A DNA stretch of 64,000 bases from Candidatus Hydrogenedentota bacterium. GTDB taxonomy: Bacteria > Hydrogenedentota > Hydrogenedentia > Hydrogenedentales > JAEUWI01. Location: NCBI GenBank assembly GCA_034669905.1, contig JAXMOL010000010.1, positions 64,001-128,000 of the forward strand. Reading direction: 5' to 3'. This document shows positions 9,383 to 17,376 of the stretch, piece by piece. The notes beneath the pieces were generated by a model. It did not search any database. It worked only from the letters and a program-made list of their open reading frames with translations, and had not been told where the DNA came from. Position 1 is the stretch's first letter. Each line of letters opens with the position of its first letter. The position numbers and the translations under genes are program-made.

Positions 9383-9572
9383 CAGTCGAATGGATATGTG
9401 GTGCAGGTAGCGCGGTTCTAAATCAGGTCGTCGCAACTACACCGTATAACCTGGGATCGTGCCGTATCACGCAGGAAGCGCATTGGGCAGACTACACTCC
9501 CCCTTTCGGGTAGAATCGGGGGAACTGCTGCACAATGTCTTATTCGACTGGTTCGCGATGAAGCGCTACCCC
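9383..9572 (+). ncRNA. Candidate structured 5' leader or cis-regulatory RNA
   Basis: CAGTCGAAT (9383) pairs with ATTCGACTG (9542), extended by GTGCAG/CTGCAC; three internal hairpins. Pairing judged by eye only. Confidence 0.45.
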
Positions 9573-9600
9573 GCACACTAGAGGAAGAGACGAATTCACT

Positions 9601-9864
9601 ATGAACATCTATGCAGGCAATTTATCCTATTCCGTGACTGACGAAGATCTGCGGGAGGCCTTTGGCGCCTTCGGTGAAGTGTCCAGCGCCAACGTAATCA
9701 GTGACCGGGAGTCCGGTCGTTCGAAAGGTTTCGGATTCGTCGAAATGCCCGTCGATGACGAAGCCAAACTGGCCATTGAGTCCCTCAACGGACAAGACAT
9801 TAAAGGCCGCAATATCAACGTCAATGAAGCCCGCCCCAAGGCAGAGCGCCCACGACGTTACTAA
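9601..9864 (+). CDS. RRM RNA-binding protein (Rbp-like)
   Basis: RNP2 IYAGNL, RNP1 KGFGFVEM, VNEARP. Confidence 0.95.
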   Translation: MNIYAGNLSYSVTDEDLREAFGAFGEVSSANVISDRESGRSKGFGFVEMPVDDEAKLAIESLNGQDIKGRNINVNEARPKAERPRRY

Positions 9865-9954
9865 GGAAGTGTCACCGACCGTACACGTAGCGCTACCCCA
9901 CGCTGGTAGGGCATAATTGGGGTTTCAGGCTCAACCGAAACCCCGGGACGCTGT

Positions 9955-11145
9955 ATGATAGGTCGCGAAGACGCGCTTCAGAAAATTGCTGCTGCCGCAT
10001 GGCAGTTACCCACACAATCTATTCCGTTGGAACACGCCTCTGGGCGTGTTCTGGCGGAAGACGTCTATTCCGACGTCGATCTGCCGCCCTTTCCCAAGTC
10101 TTCTATGGATGGCTACGCCTGCCGGGCGGAAGACGCCTTCGAAACCCTCCGCGTGCTGGAGCATATCCCGGCGGGCAGCGTCCCGACCCACCCCATCACC
10201 CCGGGCACCTGCAGCAAGATCATGACCGGAGCCCCCGTACCCGAAGGGGCCGACTGCATCCTCATCGTGGAGGAGGTAGCCCCCCTCGACGACCATCACA
10301 TCCGATTTACGGGAACCACGCCCAAGAGCAATATCTGTCCCCAGGGTGAAGACGTCCAGACCGGCGATGTCGTGCTCAGACCGGGCCTGCGTCTCAGCCC
10401 GGCCCACCTCCCCGTACTCGCTTCCGTAGGGTGCACCCACCCCACCGTCTCTGCACAACCCCGCGTGACCGTCTTCGCCACCGGCGACGAGTTGGTCCCC
10501 TGGGCTACCGTGCCCCCGGCGGGAAAGATTCGCAATAGTAACAGCATCCAGCTAAGCCACCTCGCTCAGTGTGCCGGTGCGGTGGCCACGGACCGGGGCA
10601 TCGCGCCCGACGCGCGGGAGCGCATGATCCAGCAGTGGGACGAAGCCCTGGAAGAAGATGACGTCATTATCAGCACGGGCGGGGTCTCCATGGGGGACTA
10701 TGACCTCGTGCCCGAAATCCTCCAGCATCATGGATTCGATATCCATTTCGATCGCGTGGCCATACAACCCGGGAAGCCAGTCTTGTTTGGTACCCGGGGC
10801 ACCCAGGCGTGCTTTGGCCTGTCCGGCAACCCGGTCTCCAGTTATTTGCAGTTCATGCTCTTTGTTACCCCCTTCTTGCTGCGCCTCCAGGGGCATACGC
10901 ACCGCCCCCCGGGCCTCCCCGTGATCCTCGGACAGGACTTCACCCGGAAAAACGGTGCGCGAGAAGGCTGGATTCCCGTGGCCCTCAATGAAGCACACCA
11001 GGCCGTCCCCATCACCTTTCATGGTTCGGCCCACATTCATTCCTTTACCGCCGCCGACGGACTTATCGCCTTTCCCGCCGGCACGACCCAACTCCACGCA
11101 GGAGATTCGGTTTTCCTGAGACTCCTGCACGGAAACGACACGTGA
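9955..11145 (+). CDS. moeA: Molybdopterin molybdotransferase MoeA
   Basis: SSMDGYA, IMTGAPVP, ATGDEL, STGGVSMGDYD, PGKP, GNPVS. Confidence 0.95.
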   Translation: MIGREDALQKIAAAAWQLPTQSIPLEHASGRVLAEDVYSDVDLPPFPKSSMDGYACRAEDAFETLRVLEHIPAGSVPTHPITPGTCSKIMTGAPVPEGADCILIVEEVAPLDDHHIRFTGTTPKSNICPQGEDVQTGDVVLRPGLRLSPAHLPVLASVGCTHPTVSAQPRVTVFATGDELVPWATVPPAGKIRNSNSIQLSHLAQCAGAVATDRGIAPDARERMIQQWDEALEEDDVIISTGGVSMGDYDLVPEILQHHGFDIHFDRVAIQPGKPVLFGTRGTQACFGLSGNPVSSYLQFMLFVTPFLLRLQGHTHRPPGLPVILGQDFTRKNGAREGWIPVALNEAHQAVPITFHGSAHIHSFTAADGLIAFPAGTTQLHAGDSVFLRLLHGNDT

Positions 11146-12113
11146 GAAACCCCATGCCTTCCCCCCCTGCCGAAAGCAACACGAGTACCCTTTCAACCGT
11201 CGGCCTGAGTCTGTCTCGCGAAAAGGGCAGCCCCCACGAAATCGTCCCCGTACTGACCGTGGACCGGGAGGGCATCGACGGCGACCGTCATCGGGGGCCC
11301 GGCCTCCGTCAGGTGAGTCTGATGCACGCGGCGGTGGCCGCCGCTGTATTCGCCGACACGGATGAAGATGCCCGCCCGGGCATGGGTACCGAGAATATAC
11401 TGCTTGGAGGATCGGGCCTTTCATCCCTGCAGCGACTGGATACCCTGGAGCTCGGCGACGCCATTCTGGAGATCACCCAGATAGGAAAAGCCGTGAGCGA
11501 CGACGGTGCCCAACTCTGTGACGCCCGGGCCAGGTGCCTCCTGTCGGAACACGGCATTTTCGCGCGGGTCATCCATGGGGGTGTCATCGAATCCAACCGG
11601 CCGGTCCGACACCAGCACCGGCTCTTGCGCGCCCACATCATTACCGTCAGTGACCGCGCCAGCCGGGGCACCTACGAAGACAAGAGTGGGCCCGCCGCCC
11701 GGGCCCTCCTGGATACCTGGTGCCAGGATAATCGCTGGGGACTCTGGGTGGAGACCCAGGTCATTCCCGATGAAAAGGAAGCGCTCGAAACGGCACTCGA
11801 AAATGCCCGGCAGAGTCGGGTAGACCTCGTCATCACCACGGGCGGTACCGGTGTGGGACCCCGCGACATTACCCCCGACGTCGTCATGGCCCAGGCGGAC
11901 AAGTTGATCCCGGGCATCATGGACTACATCCGCCTGAAGTATGGCGAAGCCATGCCGCTGGCCCTCACCAGCCGCAGTGTGGCCGCCGTCATGGGAAGCA
12001 CCCTCATCTACACCTTGCCAGGAAGCGCCAAGGCCATTCCCGAGTACCTGGAAGAAATCTTCAAGACGCTGGAGCACATGCTCTTCCTGCTTAAAGGGCT
12101 CGACGCCCATTAA
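11142..12113 (+). CDS. MOSC-domain / MogA(MoaB) molybdopterin adenylyltransferase fusion
   Basis: MOSC-like GDRH, RQVSL, ENI, LEITQIGK, GIFARV; MogA-like TVSDRAS, DKSG, TGGTG, RDITPD, LPGS. Confidence 0.88.
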   Translation: MRNPMPSPPAESNTSTLSTVGLSLSREKGSPHEIVPVLTVDREGIDGDRHRGPGLRQVSLMHAAVAAAVFADTDEDARPGMGTENILLGGSGLSSLQRLDTLELGDAILEITQIGKAVSDDGAQLCDARARCLLSEHGIFARVIHGGVIESNRPVRHQHRLLRAHIITVSDRASRGTYEDKSGPAARALLDTWCQDNRWGLWVETQVIPDEKEALETALENARQSRVDLVITTGGTGVGPRDITPDVVMAQADKLIPGIMDYIRLKYGEAMPLALTSRSVAAVMGSTLIYTLPGSAKAIPEYLEEIFKTLEHMLFLLKGLDAH

Positions 12114-12193
12114 GCGCGCGTAGCACAGCTATCCCCAGCGTGGAAGGCCTGCCCCATCTCGCACAGCCCAACCACCTGCGGCCCGTCGAAAGG

Positions 12194-13162
12194 TCAGCCG
12201 CCCGCTGGCAGGAAGGCATCGGCGTAGATATCCTGCATGCTCGCCCCCGCCAGAAAGGCTTTCCGTTGCACCTGACGCACCAGGGTGGGGTTGCCGCAGA
12301 GATAGACTTTCCATCCCTTTAAATTCGGGATCATCGCCAACGCATGGGCGTCCACCTCCGCCTGCACCCACTCAGAACCGGCCTCATCACGCACGCACGG
12401 GTGATAGCTGAAGTTTGCATGGTCCCGCGCCAGGGCCGACAGGGCATCCACCAGATACCGATCCGCCGCAACAAGCGCACCGTGAAACAGGTGTATAGCG
12501 CCCGTGTGCCCCTGATGCAACGCATCTCGCGCGATGCCATACAAGGGCGCCAGTCCCGTCCCCGTACCCAATAGCAACAGGGGCTGCTCCGAATTACCCG
12601 CCACATAGAAACAGTTCCCCAGGGGCCCCATGAGTTCGAGGTCGTCGCCGGGCGAAGCCTCATGGTGCAACCACCCACTCATCTTTCCTCCGGGTACCAG
12701 GGCGACATGAAACTCGAGGTTATCGTCCAGCGCGGGCACGCTCGCCAGGGAAAAACTCCGCACCAATCCATCCGCCCGCGCGAAATTCACAAACTGCCCC
12801 GGAAAATAGTCCAGGGGTTCTTTCGCCTCCAAAACCACCCGCAGCACCCGTTCGTTCAGGGCTTCCTTGTGTAGCACACGTGCCCCGATACGCATTGAAT
12901 CCGCATCCACCCGGACGGCGCTGAGGTCCGTGTCGGGATAGCAACAGCAAGACAGGAAATAGCCTTGTGCCCGGTGGGTCTCCTTCAGCCCTTTTTGCGC
13001 CGCCGGAGGTAGTTCCCCCGCCGTGGCACGCATCAAGCAACTGTGGCAAACCCCACTTCGACAGGAATTCGGAATCGGGTGCCCCGAACGCTCAAGGCAT
13101 TCCAATACCGATTCTCCTTCGGCCAATTCAATATCCTGTGCTTCAAATTTTACTGTGGCCAT
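12194..13162 (-). CDS. 2Fe-2S ferredoxin / FAD / NAD(P)H oxidoreductase
   Basis: CRSGVCHSC plus LSCCC; RSFSLAS, GKMS, GTGLAP, YLCG. Confidence 0.9.
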   Translation of the reverse strand: MATVKFEAQDIELAEGESVLECLERSGHPIPNSCRSGVCHSCLMRATAGELPPAAQKGLKETHRAQGYFLSCCCYPDTDLSAVRVDADSMRIGARVLHKEALNERVLRVVLEAKEPLDYFPGQFVNFARADGLVRSFSLASVPALDDNLEFHVALVPGGKMSGWLHHEASPGDDLELMGPLGNCFYVAGNSEQPLLLLGTGTGLAPLYGIARDALHQGHTGAIHLFHGALVAADRYLVDALSALARDHANFSYHPCVRDEAGSEWVQAEVDAHALAMIPNLKGWKVYLCGNPTLVRQVQRKAFLAGASMQDIYADAFLPAGG

Positions 13163-13215
13163 TCCGACACTCCCGACCTCTAGCCTTCCGGCGTCTTCCG
13201 ACGCGATACCAATAT

Positions 13216-13611
13216 TTATACCTGAGCTGCTTCGTCCGGCTCGGCAGACCGACCCAGGACATCTTCCCGGGTGCTCTCCGCAATGGCCACTACCTGGTCG
13301 ATGTGATCCTGGTCCACGTTCAGCTCGCTCAACGTGGTGCTAAGGTGCTCCACCACGGCGTCGAAATGGCTGTCATTCAGGCCCTGCTTCACCAAGTGCG
13401 CATGCCCCTTGCGCATGTCCAGCCCGGTGTAGTTGTGGGGACCGCCAAAAGCCATCGTCAAGAAAGCCTTCTGCTTCTGCGCCTGGCGCTCCATGTCTAC
13501 CCCATCGAAAAAATGGGCAATACGATCGTCCGAAAGGACGTGCCGGTAAAAAATATCTACGGCCGCATTTACTGCTGGCTCGCCACCAATTGCTTCATAC
13601 AATCCACTCAT
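13216..13611 (-). CDS. glbN: Group I truncated haemoglobin (trHbN)
   Basis: LYEAIGG, FYRHVLSD, FLTMAFGGP, YTG, HAHL, HFDAV. Confidence 0.92.
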   Translation of the reverse strand: MSGLYEAIGGEPAVNAAVDIFYRHVLSDDRIAHFFDGVDMERQAQKQKAFLTMAFGGPHNYTGLDMRKGHAHLVKQGLNDSHFDAVVEHLSTTLSELNVDQDHIDQVVAIAESTREDVLGRSAEPDEAAQV

Positions 13612-13678
13612 CGTGTTCTCCAGTCGTTTCCATTTGCCTTGAGTTGCTATGCTTCATCCAGCCATCCTCACACTGCTA

Positions 13679-13701
13679 AAGATGGATTTGAAATGAATCT
13701 T
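13679..13701. promoter_or_regulatory. NsrR operator (11-1-11 inverted repeat)
   Basis: AAGATGGATTT-G-AAATGAATCTT, close to the NsrR consensus AAGATGYATTTnAAATRCATCTT, between the divergent glbN and nsrR genes. Confidence 0.8.
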
Positions 13702-13780
13702 ATCCTACAGAAGGCGAAAAGTCAACTGGGCGTCCTTGGAATGGTATACTTAGGAACAGAGCAACCGGAGTCCGTACAGA

Positions 13781-14230
13781 ATGCAGCTCACCCAATACAG
13801 CGATTATGCCCTGCGCACCCTCATCTACCTCGCCATCGCCACCGAGAATGCGACCATCACAGAAATCGCAGGACATTACAGTATTTCGCGCAATCATCTC
13901 GTGAAAGTCGTCCACAATCTCGGAAAGCTGGGTTATGTCACGACGATCCGGGGCCGTCACGGTGGGCTGCGCCTTGCCCTTCCACCGGAAAGTATTAACA
14001 TTGGCGATGTGGTCCGCCGCACCGAGCCCAACTTTACAATTGTGGAGTGCTTTGATCGGGAAAGCAACCGCTGCGTCATTTCGCCCAATTGCCGGTTGAA
14101 AGGGGTGCTCAGCGAGGCCTTCCAGGCCTTTACCGACGTGCTCGATCAGTACACCCTGGCCGACATGACCGTCAACCGCGACGAACTTCGCACGCTCCTC
14201 GGTGTCCCCTCAACGCCCACGCGCCTGTGA
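13781..14230 (+). CDS. nsrR: Rrf2-family NO-sensitive repressor NsrR
   Basis: MQLTQYSDYALR, ISRNHLVKVV, RGRHGG and three cluster cysteines in ECFDRESNRCVISPNCRLK. Confidence 0.88.
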   Translation: MQLTQYSDYALRTLIYLAIATENATITEIAGHYSISRNHLVKVVHNLGKLGYVTTIRGRHGGLRLALPPESINIGDVVRRTEPNFTIVECFDRESNRCVISPNCRLKGVLSEAFQAFTDVLDQYTLADMTVNRDELRTLLGVPSTPTRL

Positions 14231-14245
14231 TTGACGGCCCGGCAG

Positions 14246-15184
14246 TCACACCCCTATCTGGCGCGCAAAGTATTCAATCGTGGGCTTTAACCCGGCTTCC
14301 AGCGCGATGCTGGGCTGCCAGGACAGCTGTTCCCTGGCCAGGGAGATATTGGGCTTGCGCCGGGTGGGATCATTCTTCGGAAGGGGCTTGAAGACCAGTT
14401 CGGACTTGGAGCCCGTGAGCCGGATGACCGTCTCCGCCAATTGGCGAATGGTGAATTCGTCGGGATTACCCAGGTTGACGGGTCCCGTAAACCCATCGTT
14501 ATCCATCATGGCCATCATGCCGCGAATCAGGTCTTCGTAGTAGCAAAAGGACCGGGTCTGGCTGCCATCACCGTAAAGGGAGATGGGCTCGCCACGAAGT
14601 GCCTGTACGACGAAATTACTCACCACCCGCCCATCGTCTACCTGCATGCGGGGTCCATAGGTATTGAAGATTCGAATGACCCGAATGTCCACCTTATTCT
14701 GCTGATGGTAGTCGAAGAACAGGGTTTCCGCCACCCGTTTGCCTTCATCGTAACAACTTCGCGGTCCGATGGGGTTCACGTTACCCCAGTAAGATTCTTC
14801 CTGGGGGTGCACGGCCGGATCGCCATAAATCTCTGACGTCGACGCCTGAAGAATGCGTGCATTAACCCGTTTCGCAAGGCCGAGCATATTCAGGGCACCC
14901 ATCACACTCGTCTTGATGGTTTTCACGGGGTTATGCTGATAGTGCACGGGGGACGCCGGGCAGGCCAGATTGAAAATACGATCGGCCTCCAGGACGATGG
15001 ACTCGGTCACATCATGTCGAATCAGCTCGAAGTGGGGATTGCCCAGGAGGTGAGCGATATTCTCTTTGCGACCTGTGAAGAAGTTGTCGAGACAGAGCAC
15101 TTCCTCACCCCGTTTCAAAAGGGCTTCACACAGATGGGAACCCAGAAATCCGGCACCGCCTGTGACGAGGTTTACATGAGACAT
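14246..15184 (-). CDS. UDP-glucuronate decarboxylase (UDP-xylose synthase family)
   Basis: [43 protein letters not shown]. Confidence 0.93.
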   Translation of the reverse strand: MSHVNLVTGGAGFLGSHLCEALLKRGEEVLCLDNFFTGRKENIAHLLGNPHFELIRHDVTESIVLEADRIFNLACPASPVHYQHNPVKTIKTSVMGALNMLGLAKRVNARILQASTSEIYGDPAVHPQEESYWGNVNPIGPRSCYDEGKRVAETLFFDYHQQNKVDIRVIRIFNTYGPRMQVDDGRVVSNFVVQALRGEPISLYGDGSQTRSFCYYEDLIRGMMAMMDNDGFTGPVNLGNPDEFTIRQLAETVIRLTGSKSELVFKPLPKNDPTRRKPNISLAREQLSWQPSIALEAGLKPTIEYFARQIGV

Positions 15185-15283
15185 GAACTGAACACTCCGG
15201 TTGATACATGCAGCTGATTGAGAGGGTCAAAGCGGTGCAAGAATACCATACACAGCGACGGCGTTCCCATCGCCGTACCCGGC

Positions 15284-16051
15284 TCACGCCCCCCAGAGTT
15301 TCGCCGACGACGCACAGCGTACGTAACGACCCCATTGGTGCTTCCGGGATGGCTCCATCGACACATACCCACCGGCAGCCCGTACCAGGGCCACCCCGGC
15401 CGCCACATCCCACAGCATGATGTCGTCTTCCGCGTACGCGTCTATTCTCCCTGCGGCCACGCTCGCCAACATGAGGGCGGCGCTACCAAGCATGCGCACC
15501 TTCTTAAAACGCCCGAGACGGACCGCGAATTCCTTCAGATGGGCGTCACTGTAATCCCCAAAGGTCGGCAACCCCGTCGCCAGTACGGCCTGGCTCGCGT
15601 CCGTCACGGCCGACACGGCAATGGGCTCCCCGTTGAGCCAGCAGCCCCCCTCGGCCAGCCCCGAAAACGTCTCTCCCCGGAGCGGGTCATGAACTACCCC
15701 GAGAACGGGCTCTCCCGCAACCACCAAGGCAATCGCCGTGCAGAAGAAGGGAATGCCCCGGCTGAAATTCATGGTCCCGTCCAATGGATCGACCACCCAG
15801 ACCGGTTGGGTTCCCGCCACATCGCCCCGGGCGCCGCCCTCCTCTGCCAGAACGGAATAGCCACACGACTCGAGGCGAGACAGGATAAGGCTCTCTGCCT
15901 CCAGATCAGCCGCCATTTTAATATCGCGGCCCGCCGCATCCAATACCACCCGGTCCCCGGTAGAGAGGTTCCGCAGTAATTCACCCGCTTCCCGCGCCGC
16001 ATCCACCGCAATCGCCAACGCTGGGGCCCATTTCGCCGACAACTCACTCAC
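15284..16051 (-). CDS. Inositol monophosphatase family protein (SuhB-like)
   Basis: LAEE, WVVDPLDGTMNF, RMLGSAA, WDVAAG. Confidence 0.9.
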   Translation of the reverse strand: MSELSAKWAPALAIAVDAAREAGELLRNLSTGDRVVLDAAGRDIKMAADLEAESLILSRLESCGYSVLAEEGGARGDVAGTQPVWVVDPLDGTMNFSRGIPFFCTAIALVVAGEPVLGVVHDPLRGETFSGLAEGGCWLNGEPIAVSAVTDASQAVLATGLPTFGDYSDAHLKEFAVRLGRFKKVRMLGSAALMLASVAAGRIDAYAEDDIMLWDVAAGVALVRAAGGYVSMEPSRKHQWGRYVRCASSAKLWGA

Positions 16052-17250
16052 CCTAAATCAATCTCGTCGCCGTCATCGTCATCGTCATCATCATCCCCAC
16101 CCAGCTCCAGTTCATCCGACGGACTTTCCATCGACATCGGGGCTTCTTCCTCTTCCGTCTCCGGAGCAGCCGCGCCGCCCGCGCTATCCGTCGCGGTGTG
16201 TTCCGGTGCGGCCTCGGCGACTTCCTCCTCTTCCGGGGGGGGCGGTTCCGGCAACGCGGGCAGGTGGGGCAGCACATCCTGAATCTGTTCCAGACTATCC
16301 AGACACAGCGCAGCGCCCGCCTCCGTCGCCTGCGCATGAAGCTCTTTCCCGCCCCCATAGAGAAAGAGGGGCAAGCCCTCCATCTCCTGTGATGCGCTTA
16401 TCAACGGAATAATTTCAATGGCTGAAAGTTCTTTCTGCTCAAAGCTGACCAGAATCCCCACGGTATTGCAGGTCTTGAGCCGATACCCCAAGTCGAGGAT
16501 GCCCGTCGCCATCACCGCCTGATAGGGACTCTCCAATAATCCGTGTTGGGCCGCCTGAATGTCTCCGTCATTTCGGGAAAGGACCAACAGCTGCGGATGA
16601 GGCGCCGCTTCGCCGCGATCCATCGCAATCTTGCGCTTTACAAAAAGCTCAATCCCGCGGTCTTCCTCCTTCTCCTCCTGGAATTGACAGCCATAGGCGA
16701 ATGTGCCCGGGGGCTCTTCCCGCCGATTCCGAATAATGACCGGGCGACGGGAAACGACTCCCCCATCGGGCATCCGAAAGGACAAATGCATGGTATCCGA
16801 AACGGACAGGTTCCGGGTCGCCACCACGCTGCAACCACCGCTGCTGATATCATTGATGAAACAGTCCTCTGACTCTTCCCCCACATGCAGTGTGCAAGGG
16901 ATATGGATGGGCGCCCGTTCATGCTTTCGCACCTGAATACGGGCCACCTTGCTGGGCCAGTGGAGTTGAATCAAGGGATACTCCGATTGTGTGAGCGCTT
17001 CGCCCACGGCGGCCGTAAATCCCCAGACCTCTCCCTCGTGCATAAAGCGCACCACGCATTCGGAACCCCGGCGTACCACCGGGAGGCGCGCGCCACGATT
17101 CAACCCAAACAGGATATATTGCCCCTCTTCCCAGCCTCGTATACGCCCGGGATACCGCGGCGCATTATTCTGTCCCGGCTGCGCGTCGAGAAACACATCC
17201 AGCCCCACCGTAAGGCACTTCTCCAAACCGCTACTCGTTGCCATATCCAT
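16048..17250 (-). CDS. YcgR-like PilZ protein with a degenerate receiver-like domain and acidic tail
   Basis: PilZ motifs RKHER and DISSGG; C-terminal alpha/beta segment; poly-D/E tail. Confidence 0.7.
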   Translation of the reverse strand: MDMATSSGLEKCLTVGLDVFLDAQPGQNNAPRYPGRIRGWEEGQYILFGLNRGARLPVVRRGSECVVRFMHEGEVWGFTAAVGEALTQSEYPLIQLHWPSKVARIQVRKHERAPIHIPCTLHVGEESEDCFINDISSGGCSVVATRNLSVSDTMHLSFRMPDGGVVSRRPVIIRNRREEPPGTFAYGCQFQEEKEEDRGIELFVKRKIAMDRGEAAPHPQLLVLSRNDGDIQAAQHGLLESPYQAVMATGILDLGYRLKTCNTVGILVSFEQKELSAIEIIPLISASQEMEGLPLFLYGGGKELHAQATEAGAALCLDSLEQIQDVLPHLPALPEPPPPEEEEVAEAAPEHTATDSAGGAAAPETEEEEAPMSMESPSDELELGGDDDDDDDDGDEIDLG

Positions 17251-17376
17251 CCCTGCAGCGCGTCAGCACGCGCCCTTTCACCATCCTCCATCCCGCCACG
17301 AGCCAACCCGTTCAGCGGGTACTGCAAGGGGCCCATTCGGACCCCTGATAGTATCTATTGGACGGCAGGCCGCCAC

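Noticed and set aside
9383..9572. Moco riboswitch or 6S RNA
   Set aside because: The location and size are suggestive, but I could not match either family by eye and the fold looks multibranched. Left unassigned pending an Rfam search.
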